From Ostreococcus lucimarinus (Eukaryota), in assembly GCA_000092065.1 (NCBI GenBank), contig CP000584.1: DNA of 64,000 nucleotides; one strand, given 5' to 3'. Positions 31,801 to 40,258 of this stretch are shown piece by piece (positions within the stretch are counted from its first letter, which is position 1; every line of letters starts with the position of its first letter). The notes beneath the pieces were generated by a model. That model was not told the origin of the DNA, searched no databases, and worked only from the letters and a program-made list of their open reading frames with translations. A program made the position numbers and the translations under genes.

Positions 31801-32150
31801 TTCCCAGAGCCCTCGGTTGAGATTACCAGCGCGTCCGCGTCGACGTTCGCGCTCGCCGTCGTCCCCAAGCTCGGCGCGCTCGGCGTCGACCACGCCGTCG
31901 TCTCCGGCCTCGCCGCTGTCGTCGTCGTTGGAATCCATCGTCCCACGCTCATCTTCCACGTCGTTTCCCCGCCGTCGAGCGCGAGCGCGACGCCCACGGT
32001 CACGCCCAGCACGCACGCGAGCGCGTCCAATCCCCAGCCGCGTCCGCGTCCTCGCGTCCGCGTCTCCCCCAACAACGGCGTGGACGCGTCCGCGCCCGAA
32101 AATCCGAGGCGCGCTCGAGATCCGAGACCCGCGCCCGAATACCGACCCAT
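28890..32150 (-). CDS. Large cysteine-rich secreted or signal-anchored protein, paralog B (unknown family)
   Basis: 1086-aa ORF with the same architecture as paralog A. It has an N-terminal anchor (LDALACVLGVTVGVALAL), a Cys-rich domain (CGGDIDVESTC...CGCHESYQLIEALFYICDA), a helical middle and a C-terminal domain (LPYFLLAEGSGKLGY, YVEYPKP, multiple conserved Cys). It is convergent with A, and their stops are 139 bp apart. Confidence 0.75.
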   Translation of the reverse strand: MGRYSGAGLGSRARLGFSGADASTPLLGETRTRGRGRGWGLDALACVLGVTVGVALALDGGETTWKMSVGRWIPTTTTAARPETTAWSTPSAPSLGTTASANVDADALVISTEGSGNVVGDPSDDTETDIMYNQVNSYDATSPGRIFSDLKLTFPCAATCGGDIDVESTCDHAVSSDNDELISCIHDACGCHESYQLIEALFYICDAPMKADGKFNGPEYANFLDETVSAVEAHCGKAHSVLSILTPIRDTDDSGNIKAAPCSLPADDPAPAHCVAQANVISTCSYEAPMCGANSSRTGILRVHGSTTEKWSCPAYTCDTCDGDTCSRCTWTRRICTSTHEAYSMPCAYEGTRKGECIECEYGWLMNSETRECDSCDQYFKMDSSGACVEDTEALKKDFNMTDEDLKQAEEMFKASIDTSDPELGAKLRVAALGAFWDDWASELDSLKNKIDDGLDTINDFKNDLIEDIHGIGNAIASLAGDLADLGSKLADLVYDEVSAVVPNANALMNGLSQAAGCNNDDSASLGADRKTVKSRRHHDVRKRVLEAVYGVEIASHYAAPSESAPLGGSCSHNLCAGALCYQLDVKDILKKHPDYSDGVFSLTKTSSVPDEPRFERFQPDYVKAFVDGNIKACAGVTHFGLDMSVLNDVALEFVKVVEPIVDDAVKAITGWADGITDFVNEIGESLTDIFSSVKSTVANINVPGFGRKLLSGDTQEFEQLTKHERALVLGHIVEEYIQRVNLMQKKALSAIAEIHNLVSNDPHMHNMKPMADPKSRARRDIAHLGGFKLDFSVIEDGIISVLRGALNTISTGVSFDVDFEQTLEFDAKGALFQEGDLLDGQANQELFKITPIGPTGFVLVVGGVAKVQLPYFLLAEGSGKLGYKIKGKNVGYTVSISDGVATVAPKSSASLDITPTIDGTISSSLKVGVVAALEEFHIKLCWGGIICIGPEVTIKQGIQFGADSVLNDGVGASTDSSCYNGRTGLSPVFGEFLTSYPTTSNQCSASANVVGAGLYVEYPKPFVTTDIITEVRGDTECVQPLSLLDMTSRAQYRSSHSTSCAASTDPVEDCGAAVDACPTDCPIYA

Positions 32151-32166
32151 CTCTCACGTCCTCGCG

Positions 32167-32392
32167 TTCCCGCGCGCTTTCGTCCTCGCTCGCGTCGTTC
32201 GCACGCGTCGAAAGTTCGCACGCGTCGTTCGCGGAACGTTCTCACGCCGCGCGCGGATCGCGTCGCCGGTTTCGCGCGTCGCCGGTCGCGCGCGTCTTTC
32301 ACCGTCGCGTCGTCGCGTCGAACGAGGTCGATCGCGCGCGCGAGTGGCGACGCGCGCGCGCGTCGCGGCAATCGAGCGTAACACCAAACGCG
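32167..32392. repeat. Right arm of the inverted repeat (pairs with 25107..25378)
   Basis: It is the reverse complement of the left arm. This is confirmed because the + ORF at 31817 and the minus ORF at 24993 encode the same peptide string (LASFARVESSHASFAERSHAARGSRRRFRASPV) across the two arms. The arm abuts the ATG of paralog B (32150). Confidence 0.85.
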
Positions 32393-32545
32393 CGGTCGGT
32401 CGCCGAAATCGTAAAGCACGTCGCACTGCGTGCGCATACCGACGGATCACGACTCAACGGTCCGGGGACTCGACGCCGACGCGAAAACGACCGTTGGCGT
32501 CGCGGCGACGCGCGCGGCGACGCGACACACGACGACGCGCGCGCG

Positions 32546-35500
32546 ATGCGCGCGAATCGCACGCCGACGACGATGCGAAAACGCGCGTTCGGCGCCGAGG
32601 TGACGAACTCTCCCGACGCGCGCGACGCGCGCGATGGAGGTCGAACGACGACGCCGAACGACGCGAAGACGCGCGCGATGTCGACGCCGAGAGGGACGGG
32701 CGCGGTGACGCCGCGAGCGACGCTGACGCCGCGAGCGAGCGCGCTGCTGCGAGATCAGCGACAGTTGGCGTCGCCGCTTCGAGCGGCGATATCGCCGACG
32801 CGACCGAGCTCGATGGTGAAGTCGAGCGTGAAGTCGAGCGAGAGCGCGACGAAGCGGGACGCGGCGCGGTTGCGCGAGCTGAATTCGATGCTGTTGAAAC
32901 AGTTGTCGACGGCGCGGTCGGCGGCGGCGGAGGCGGAGAGCGCGAGGGAGACACTCGGGGAGGCGATGGCGCGGGAGGTGGCGAAGTCGAAGACGCTGGC
33001 GAAGGATGTGGAGGATAAGGCGGAGGCGCTGCGCGCGGCGGCGAAGCGAGCGAAGAAGGAAAGTAAGGATTCGGCGGAGGACGTCAAGGCGGAGGCGGAG
33101 CGATTGCGAACGTTGAACGCGAGGCTTATGAAGGAGGTTTCCATCGCGAGAGCGGTGGTGAAGGCTCGAGAGCACGAGGAGGCGACTTTGAAGGCAATCG
33201 CGGGGAAATCGGACGAGCGCGCCAACGCGCTCGAGGCTGAGATTGACGCCAAGCAACGGACGCTCGAAAGAGTTCAACTCGCGCTAGTTTCGGCGACAGA
33301 GCGAGCTGCGGATAGCTTGCGAGCAAATATGAAGGTGGAGAAGCTCGCCGAGACGAACGCGGTGTTGATGGGCGAGTTGGCTGCGTTGCGCGAATCCGCG
33401 GCGAGCGATTCCCAGGCGCTGCGCGCGCAAATCGCCGCCAAATCGGATGCCTTGATCGAGGCCAAGGCCGATCTCGCGGCCGCGGAGGACGAGGTCAATG
33501 CGCTGAGCGGCGCGAAATCCGACGTTGATAACCTTCGTTCTCTGAACGCGACGCTGATGCAGCAAATAAAGTCTCTTCGTTTCAAGGCTGACGAGGCGCT
33601 CGACGTCTCTCGCGCGCTCGAGGGCAAGGAACGCGAATTGGCCAAGGTGTGCGATGATCTGAAGGTTGCTGAAGACGCCAAGAGCGCGGCTGAGGACGAC
33701 GTCATGAAGTTGCGACAACTCAACGTGACGTTGCTTCAACAAATCTCCGCGCTTAAGGAGAATTCAGAGGTGGACGGAGCGGCGCTCGAAGCCAAGCAGT
33801 CGGAACTCGAGGCGGCGCAAATGGCGCTCGAACTCGTCGAAGAGGAACAAGAGCGCACGCAGAACGACGTCACGAAGCTTCGCGAATTGAACACCGTCAT
33901 CATGTCTCAAGTCAAAACGCTGAAGAAGTCGTCCTTGGATGATCGAGCAGCGTTCAAGGCGGACATGGATGCCAAGAATGCCGAGTTGTCGCGCGCGCGT
34001 GTCGAACTCGCGCGACTCGAACAGTCCAACGGCACGTCCGAAAGTGCTCTCGAAAAGGCTCGCATGAGACAAGCGGCGTTGGACGGCGAAGTCACGACTT
34101 TGAAAAAGATTGCTGAAGAGAACATGGCGACGAACGCGCATCTCACCGGCCAAATCGAAGCAAAACAGCTCGAACTCGCCGATGTCAAGGAATCTCTCGC
34201 GACGGCCGAGGCCAAGGCTGCGAAACTCGAAGCGGCAGAATATGACGTATCCAAGCTTCGCGAGCTGAACTCTGTCCTCATCGCGCAAGTGAAGACGTTG
34301 CGATCCGTCGAAGCGGAGAATGCGTCTCTCACCGCGGCCTTGCGCTCGCGCTCAGCTGAGCTCGAAAAAGCGCAGCTTCAACTCGCTGCCGCCGAGCGTG
34401 CCAAGGCTACAGGTGAAAAGGTTTCGGAAAGTGAAATCGCCAACTTGCGCGAGCTCAACACGCGCATCATCCAGCGCATGGGCGAGGTAAAGGAGGAGCA
34501 GGAAAAGAAGTTCCAACAACTCATCGACACGAAGACGCTTGAGCTTGCGAGTGTCAAGGCGGAGCTGGCAGAGGCGACGAAGGAGCTCGCCATCGGTCGC
34601 AAAGATGCGATGGCGCTCGAAAAATCGCTCGAAAAGTTGAGAACGATGAATGCAGAGTTGAACGGGTCGATCAAGGCGTTGGAAGCGGAGATTGAGGGCG
34701 AGAAGAAAGCGACGCTTGAGATGCGCCAGGCGATTCTCGACGCGCAGGCAGAGTGCGCTAGTCTCAAAGGGCGTTTGTCGGCGAAAGACGACGAACTCGA
34801 ATCTGCATGGTCTGCGCTTATGTGTGTGAACGCCGATTTGAAACACGCTTTGCACGACGCCACGGGTATGCGTGCTCTGGCGGAGAAGCGCCACGGAGAG
34901 CTCGAAGAGGCGAACGTCAACGTCGATCGCTTGCGTGAGCTGAATCACATGATGATTGAACGTCTGCACAACGCCAAGAAGGCTGCGCTCGAAGCGGAGG
35001 CATTGAACGCTGAATTTGCCGCCGCGCGTACTCAAGCCGAAGTTACGGTTCGTTCAGAAGAGGCGAAGGTTGCCGCGCTTGAACAAAAGCTCAAGGAGAA
35101 GGACGAGGAGTACGCGACGACGACGCTCGCGCTGCGCGCCGAGATGGAATCCGGAAACTCAGCCTCCGCGCAACGTTTGGCCAATCTCCAAGCGCAAATG
35201 CATTCCCAGACCCACTCGCTTGAGCGCCAACTCGAGTACGCCAACTTGGACCTGCAAAAGGTTCAACGATCGGAGGCGGCGCACATTGAAGACCAACGGC
35301 GAAGCGCCGAAGAAATCGAATCTCTCGTCGCGCAACTCGAGCTCACGGAGAGCGACGCGAAGAAGGACGCCAACGCGATGAACAAACATATCTTCGCCCT
35401 CCAATCCAAGGTAGCCGCGCACGAAGCATCCAATAAAGCCTTGACGAAGAAGTTGAACTCGTCCAAAGCTGAGATCAAAGCGCTCGAGCAAAAGCTCGCC

Positions 35501-36400
35501 GACGCGCAAAGCACGTCGAGCAAGAGATGGACTGATTTGGCTGCGGCATCGCGAGATTTACAAGAAGCGTTTACAGCCAACAAAGTTAAAGATACCATCA
35601 TTGCAACCATGCGCACAGAACTCAAGGAGCTCACGAACACGGCTGAGTACTTCACCCGACTCGCGCGAGAGCACGGCGAAGAGGCGAAAGACTTCAGCGT
35701 CAAGTTATCGCAAGCGGAGGGTCAAGTCGTCTCGCAAGAGAAACGAATCGGACACCTCTGCGCGTCGTTGGAAGAAACCGAGATCGCGCGAAACGAGTTG
35801 TCCCAGAAGGTTGTCGCGCTCGAGCGCAAGGGTGGCGTCGCAGAGATGACCATTCGCGCCGCTGCTGAGCACCTGTATAAAGCGAACGAACGCGCGCGGT
35901 CTTTGGAGCACCAACTCAAATCGGAACGCGCTGATTTTGAGCGAACGCAAGCGGCGTTGACTGAAACGCTGAACGCTGCCGAACGTTCTATGGAAGCCAA
36001 CATGCAAATCATTTGCGACCTCGAAGCCAAGTACCAAGAAACTTTGCAGCTCTTACTCGTCGAGCGCGAGCACAGTGCCGAAGTGCGCGACGAGATGCGC
36101 AAGGAACTTCAATTCGTCAACGAAGAGCTCGACGCCACGTCTGCGGATCTCGAAATCATGATTGAACGGAATAACTCTGGCATCTTGCTCAAAGTCGCGG
36201 ACAACGCGATGTGCAAGCTTGTGTTCTCCGCCGCGCCAAAGATTTCTGCGCGCGGCGTCAAAGCCGTCATTCGTCTCGGCATGCTCGGCGGTATCGCCGC
36301 GTTGATTGGTCAAACCGTGCGTCAACTCAAGACTAAGGTGGTCGACAAAGCCACCTCGCAAACGCCGCGCGCGTCTTTCCGCTTCGCCTTCCGAGGTTGA
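32546..36400 (+). CDS. Tail-anchored long coiled-coil protein (golgin-like) with about 10 internal tandem repeats
   Basis: The frame is open from 31817, but upstream of about 32440 it crosses the inverted repeat, so the start is set at the first ATG beyond it (32546; others lie at 32573 and 32678). There are about 1280 aa of heptad-rich sequence. A motif L-R-E/T/S-L-N-x-x-L/I-x-x-Q/E recurs every 50 to 60 aa (LRELNSMLLKQ, LRTLNARLMKE, LRSLNATLMQQ, LRQLNVTLLQQ, LRELNTVIMSQ, LRELNSVLIAQ, LRELNTRIIQR, LRTMNAELNGS, LRELNHMMIER). There is a C-terminal hydrophobic anchor (AVIRLGMLGGIAALIGQTV). Confidence 0.75.
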   Translation: MRANRTPTTMRKRAFGAEVTNSPDARDARDGGRTTTPNDAKTRAMSTPRGTGAVTPRATLTPRASALLRDQRQLASPLRAAISPTRPSSMVKSSVKSSESATKRDAARLRELNSMLLKQLSTARSAAAEAESARETLGEAMAREVAKSKTLAKDVEDKAEALRAAAKRAKKESKDSAEDVKAEAERLRTLNARLMKEVSIARAVVKAREHEEATLKAIAGKSDERANALEAEIDAKQRTLERVQLALVSATERAADSLRANMKVEKLAETNAVLMGELAALRESAASDSQALRAQIAAKSDALIEAKADLAAAEDEVNALSGAKSDVDNLRSLNATLMQQIKSLRFKADEALDVSRALEGKERELAKVCDDLKVAEDAKSAAEDDVMKLRQLNVTLLQQISALKENSEVDGAALEAKQSELEAAQMALELVEEEQERTQNDVTKLRELNTVIMSQVKTLKKSSLDDRAAFKADMDAKNAELSRARVELARLEQSNGTSESALEKARMRQAALDGEVTTLKKIAEENMATNAHLTGQIEAKQLELADVKESLATAEAKAAKLEAAEYDVSKLRELNSVLIAQVKTLRSVEAENASLTAALRSRSAELEKAQLQLAAAERAKATGEKVSESEIANLRELNTRIIQRMGEVKEEQEKKFQQLIDTKTLELASVKAELAEATKELAIGRKDAMALEKSLEKLRTMNAELNGSIKALEAEIEGEKKATLEMRQAILDAQAECASLKGRLSAKDDELESAWSALMCVNADLKHALHDATGMRALAEKRHGELEEANVNVDRLRELNHMMIERLHNAKKAALEAEALNAEFAAARTQAEVTVRSEEAKVAALEQKLKEKDEEYATTTLALRAEMESGNSASAQRLANLQAQMHSQTHSLERQLEYANLDLQKVQRSEAAHIEDQRRSAEEIESLVAQLELTESDAKKDANAMNKHIFALQSKVAAHEASNKALTKKLNSSKAEIKALEQKLADAQSTSSKRWTDLAAASRDLQEAFTANKVKDTIIATMRTELKELTNTAEYFTRLAREHGEEAKDFSVKLSQAEGQVVSQEKRIGHLCASLEETEIARNELSQKVVALERKGGVAEMTIRAAAEHLYKANERARSLEHQLKSERADFERTQAALTETLNAAERSMEANMQIICDLEAKYQETLQLLLVEREHSAEVRDEMRKELQFVNEELDATSADLEIMIERNNSGILLKVADNAMCKLVFSAAPKISARGVKAVIRLGMLGGIAALIGQTVRQLKTKVVDKATSQTPRASFRFAFRG

Positions 36401-36513
36401 TTGTTTATTTCGTCGTGTCGGCGTCGCGTTTCATTAATATTAACACGCAGCGCCTCACAAAGCCACGCTGAACGACACCGCCTCGCGCCTTCGAGTTCGC
36501 CTTCGTAGACCAA

Positions 36514-37446
36514 ATGCGCCTGGTGTCGTCACCGACCGCGTGCGCTCCGCACCGCGCGCACGCGCGCCGTCGTCGCGGCGTTTCCGTCGCCTCGACGAGC
36601 GCCTCGTGTCCCGAGCTGTCGCGCGTTTTAGACGTCATCACCACGCGCGGTACGCCGTTCGCGCTCGCGCGCGACGACATCGCCGAAAATTGCGTACACA
36701 TCACAGACATACGCGCGACGCGCGGGCGCGACGACGTCGCGGCGATGCACGAGCGGTACGTTGAGAGAGCCGGGACGGATTTGAGAGAAGTATCTCACGC
36801 GACGGTGTCGTTGCGGGCGGTGGCGCAGAACGAGTACGTGGTGCAGTGGTCGACAACCTTCGTGCCAGAAAAGATGAAGTTTTTGTACGATTTAGCGCTG
36901 AATTGGCCGCTCGGGGCGTTGGAGATCGAGAAGAAAGACATCCTCGATCGACAAGGCGAGATTAGCAAGTTTACGTATCGCGCGTTATTCGCTCTGCTCA
37001 AACGCGCCGCTCTGGAGGGAAAGATGCGGATCCCGATAGCAAAAATTGAGGGTGCGAGTCGCCTAGTATTTGACGGCGGAAAACTCGAGCGGCACGAGGA
37101 ATCGCTGACGCTCGTGTCCGCGATTAACGCGGGTCGCGTTCGCAACAAGCGCGTCGCGCGAGACCTACTCGAGTACCTCGATTGCCGCAAACCTCCCGGG
37201 ACGTCGTTAGAAGCGTGGGACGACGCGGTGCTAGAAAAGTGCGATTATTACTCCGTGCCTGGAATGCGTCAGCTCGACGTGGACGGCATGGATGCGACGT
37301 CTTCCAACGTCGAAGACGCCACCGCCGTGCTCGGCTTCTTCACGCTCGTCACCATCGCATTCGGTTTCGGTTTCGGCGCGTGGTACATGCACGGCGTGCA
37401 ACAAGAAGCCGTGTTCCGACAAATGCTCGCCGAAGGCGCGTATTGA
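36514..37446 (+). CDS. Hypothetical protein with N-terminal presequence and C-terminal transmembrane anchor
   Basis: 310-aa ORF with consistent GC3 bias, a basic N-terminus (MRLVSSPTACAPHRAHARRRRG) and a C-terminal hydrophobic segment (AVLGFFTLVTIAFGFGFGAWYM). I see no recognisable domain. Confidence 0.5.
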   Translation: MRLVSSPTACAPHRAHARRRRGVSVASTSASCPELSRVLDVITTRGTPFALARDDIAENCVHITDIRATRGRDDVAAMHERYVERAGTDLREVSHATVSLRAVAQNEYVVQWSTTFVPEKMKFLYDLALNWPLGALEIEKKDILDRQGEISKFTYRALFALLKRAALEGKMRIPIAKIEGASRLVFDGGKLERHEESLTLVSAINAGRVRNKRVARDLLEYLDCRKPPGTSLEAWDDAVLEKCDYYSVPGMRQLDVDGMDATSSNVEDATAVLGFFTLVTIAFGFGFGAWYMHGVQQEAVFRQMLAEGAY

Positions 37447-37525
37447 CGTCGTTTTTCTGTATCGATTATTACACAAAGAAGACGCGTCTCCTCCGCCCCG
37501 CGCGCGCGTCTCGTCGTACCCCCCC

Positions 37526-37963
37526 TCATCGTCCCGGCGGTCGCATTCCCGGCGGCGGTCCTCCTCCCGGCATCATCATCCCCACCGGCGGTCCTCCCAC
37601 TCGCGGCGCCCCCATCGCGGTCGCCGGCGGCATCCCTCGTCCCGCCCCGCTCGCCGTCCCCGTCCCCGCGCTCGCGATTCTCGCCTTTTTCCCGCTCCCC
37701 ACCGGCGGTCCCTCCACCGTCAGCGACACCACTTCCTCGCCCCGGACCAGCACGAATCCCAGCACCCGTCGCACGTGTCGCTCGTCCTCGTCGACGCCCT
37801 TCTTCGGCGGCAGCTTCCGATGCTCCTCGCAATCGCTCAGCACGACGTTGACGTGCCGATCGAACGCGGTGAACGTGCCGACGAGCGCGCGTCCGTCGAC
37901 GAGGGTGACGCGCACGCGGTGGTTGATGAAGGCGAGCATCTTGCTCGTGCGCGAGACGCCCAT
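37526..37963 (-). CDS. SNRPB: Small nuclear ribonucleoprotein-associated protein B (SmB), Sm fold plus Gly/Pro/Met-rich tail
   Basis: The N-terminus MGVSRTSKMLAFINHRVRVTLVDGRALVGTFTAFDRHVNVVLSDCEEHRK...RVLGFVLVRGEEVVSLTVEGPP aligns along its full length with SmB/B'. The C-terminal PPGMRPPG repeats are typical of the family. Confidence 0.9.
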   Translation of the reverse strand: MGVSRTSKMLAFINHRVRVTLVDGRALVGTFTAFDRHVNVVLSDCEEHRKLPPKKGVDEDERHVRRVLGFVLVRGEEVVSLTVEGPPVGSGKKARIASAGTGTASGAGRGMPPATAMGAPRVGGPPVGMMMPGGGPPPGMRPPGR

Positions 37964-38100
37964 GGCGAGCGTCGCTCGGCGCGCGCGCGTGTGCCGCGCG
38001 CGGCGCCGCGCGGCGGCGCGGGGTCGCGGGATGGGTTTGTCGGGTGTATGTATTTAGGGTTTACGTTGATAGTCGTATGCGCGCGTAGAGTATACGTGTC

Positions 38101-40143
38101 GTGCGCGTGTATTCGACGGGTGGTGACTCAACGCGAGGGGGGTCGGGCGCGCGCGACGCCCGGGTGTTTCCGACACTCGCCGACGCGCGCGCGATGCTCG
38201 ACCTCGTCGCGGGCGTCGCGCTGTGGGCGAGCCCGCCGGCGATCAAGTTCCCGGGACTCGTCGTCCTCGGCGTCGCGCGACGCGCGAGGGCGCGAAAGCG
38301 CGACGATGGGACGCACCGACGCGATGACGACGACGCGGGCGCGCGCGACCGCGCGGTCGATCTGCGCTGGCGCGACGTCGCGCTGACGATTCGCGACAAG
38401 AAAACGACGCGCGCGAGGCGCGTGCTCGAGGCGTGCGACGGCGAGGCCAGGGCGGGGCGATTGCTGGCGATCATGGGACCGAGCGGGGCGGGGAAGTCGT
38501 CGCTGCTGAACGCGCTCGCGGGACAGACGCCGCGGAGCGCGAGGGCGACGCTGCGAGGCGCGCTCGAGGCGAACGGACGGCGCGCGAACGGTGGGGGTGG
38601 GTTTAAAAAGGCGTACGTGCAGCAGGAGGATGCGTTTTACTCGATGCTGACGTGTCGGGAGACGCTGGAGACGGCGGCGCGGTTGGGAGGCGCGAGCGAC
38701 GTGCGAGCGACGACGGAGCGGTTGTTGAACGATCTTGGGTTGGTGGCGTGCGCGGATACGCGCGTGGGAGACGGGAAAACGCGCGGGATCAGCGGAGGAG
38801 AGAAGAAGCGGTTGGCGCTTGGGGTGCAGTTGGTTGGCGCGCCGAGCGTGATTTTCGCCGACGAACCGACGAGCGGGTTGGATTCTTTCCAAGCCGAGCG
38901 CGTGATGAAGACGCTGTCCAAATTGGCGCGCGAGGGTGGTAAAACCATCGTTTGTTCGATTCATCAGCCGCGATCGAGCATCGTGGATTTGTTCGATGAC
39001 TTGTACTTGCTCGCCGGCGGGCGATGCGCGTACTTTGGACCGATGAAGTCGGCGCGCGAGTGGTTCGGATCCACCGCCGGTCACGCGATACCGTCCGACG
39101 TGAACGTGGCGGAGTATCTCATCGATCTCGTGAGTATCGATGCGACGTCGGCGGAGACGATAACGGCGACGGAAAAGCGCGTCGCGAGCATCGTCGCCGC
39201 GATGAAGTCGTCGCCGCCGAGGCTCGCCGACGCGAGCGCGGACGCCGGGAAGCGAGACTCTAGCGACGCTTTACCCGTCGTCGACGGCAAGCGCGTCGGA
39301 TTTTGGGGACAGTTTCCGTTACTTTTAACGCGTTCCTGGCGACAAGTCACTCGGGACAAGGCGACGAACCGGGTGCGTTTCATGACGTCGCTCAACAGCG
39401 CCATGGTTTTCGGATCCATCTTTTGGAAAATGTCGCTGAAACAAACCGCAATTCAGGACCGAATGGGCCTGCTGCAAGTCTCCGCGATCAACGCCGCGAT
39501 GAGCGCGTTGATGAAAACCCTCACCGCGTTCACGAAGGAGAAGGTCATCGTGAACAGAGAGCGCGCGAGCGCGGCGTACGGCGTCTTGCCGTATTTCACG
39601 TCAAAGCTCGTCGCCGAGCTGCCAATCGGCGCCTTCTTTCCACTCGCCTTCGGCGCGTGCGTGTACCCGATGGCTGGCTTGCATCCGACGCTCGGGCACT
39701 TTGCACGATTTTGCGGCATCTTGACTCTCGAATCGTTCTCCTCCGCGGCGATGGGATTGGCCATCAGCTCCGTGGCGCCGAGCACCGACGCCGCCGTCGC
39801 CATGGGACCCGCGGTCATGGTTCTCTTCATCGTCTTCGGTGGTTACTACGTCAACCCCGACAACGTCCCGATCTATTTCAAGTGGCTCAACAAGTGTTCG
39901 CTCATTAAGTGGGCGTTCCAAGGCTTGTGCGTCAACGAGTTCACCGGGCTGGAGTTTGAAGCCAAGCGCCCCTTCGACCAAAAAACCGGCGAAGACGTTC
40001 TCGCGCGTCTCTCTTTCCAAGACGCCACCGCGATGTCGAGCCTCAAGGCGCAGGGAAACATTCTTTCGTTCCTGTACTTGTTGACGCTATATTTGCTCGA
40101 CACCACTGGACCCAAGTTTTGCGTCATGGAGCCTCCGGAATAA
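38101..40143 (+). CDS. ABCG-family half-transporter (NBD then TMD)
   Basis: Walker A (MGPSGAGKSSLLNALAG), ABC signature (ISGGEKKRLALGVQLV), Walker B (VIFADEPTSGLDS) and H-loop (CSIHQPRS), followed by six predicted transmembrane helices. The start is uncertain, at 38101 or 38194. Confidence 0.88.
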   Translation: MRVYSTGGDSTRGGSGARDARVFPTLADARAMLDLVAGVALWASPPAIKFPGLVVLGVARRARARKRDDGTHRRDDDDAGARDRAVDLRWRDVALTIRDKKTTRARRVLEACDGEARAGRLLAIMGPSGAGKSSLLNALAGQTPRSARATLRGALEANGRRANGGGGFKKAYVQQEDAFYSMLTCRETLETAARLGGASDVRATTERLLNDLGLVACADTRVGDGKTRGISGGEKKRLALGVQLVGAPSVIFADEPTSGLDSFQAERVMKTLSKLAREGGKTIVCSIHQPRSSIVDLFDDLYLLAGGRCAYFGPMKSAREWFGSTAGHAIPSDVNVAEYLIDLVSIDATSAETITATEKRVASIVAAMKSSPPRLADASADAGKRDSSDALPVVDGKRVGFWGQFPLLLTRSWRQVTRDKATNRVRFMTSLNSAMVFGSIFWKMSLKQTAIQDRMGLLQVSAINAAMSALMKTLTAFTKEKVIVNRERASAAYGVLPYFTSKLVAELPIGAFFPLAFGACVYPMAGLHPTLGHFARFCGILTLESFSSAAMGLAISSVAPSTDAAVAMGPAVMVLFIVFGGYYVNPDNVPIYFKWLNKCSLIKWAFQGLCVNEFTGLEFEAKRPFDQKTGEDVLARLSFQDATAMSSLKAQGNILSFLYLLTLYLLDTTGPKFCVMEPPE

Positions 40144-40258
40144 CCCTTCAACTTAATAACGACTTTGATCAACCAAAAAAAACGCTTCGATGTAAAAACG
40201 CCCGCGCGGGCGCGACACAACGCGACGCATTCGCGCGCGCCCACGCGCCGCGCGCGCG

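Noticed and set aside
31817-32545. N-terminal about 240 aa of the 1527-aa ORF
   Set aside because: This portion is read through the inverted-repeat promoter arm and the start region of paralog B on the other strand. The same peptide appears on the opposite strand at the left arm, showing that it is not coding. The gene start is moved to 32546.
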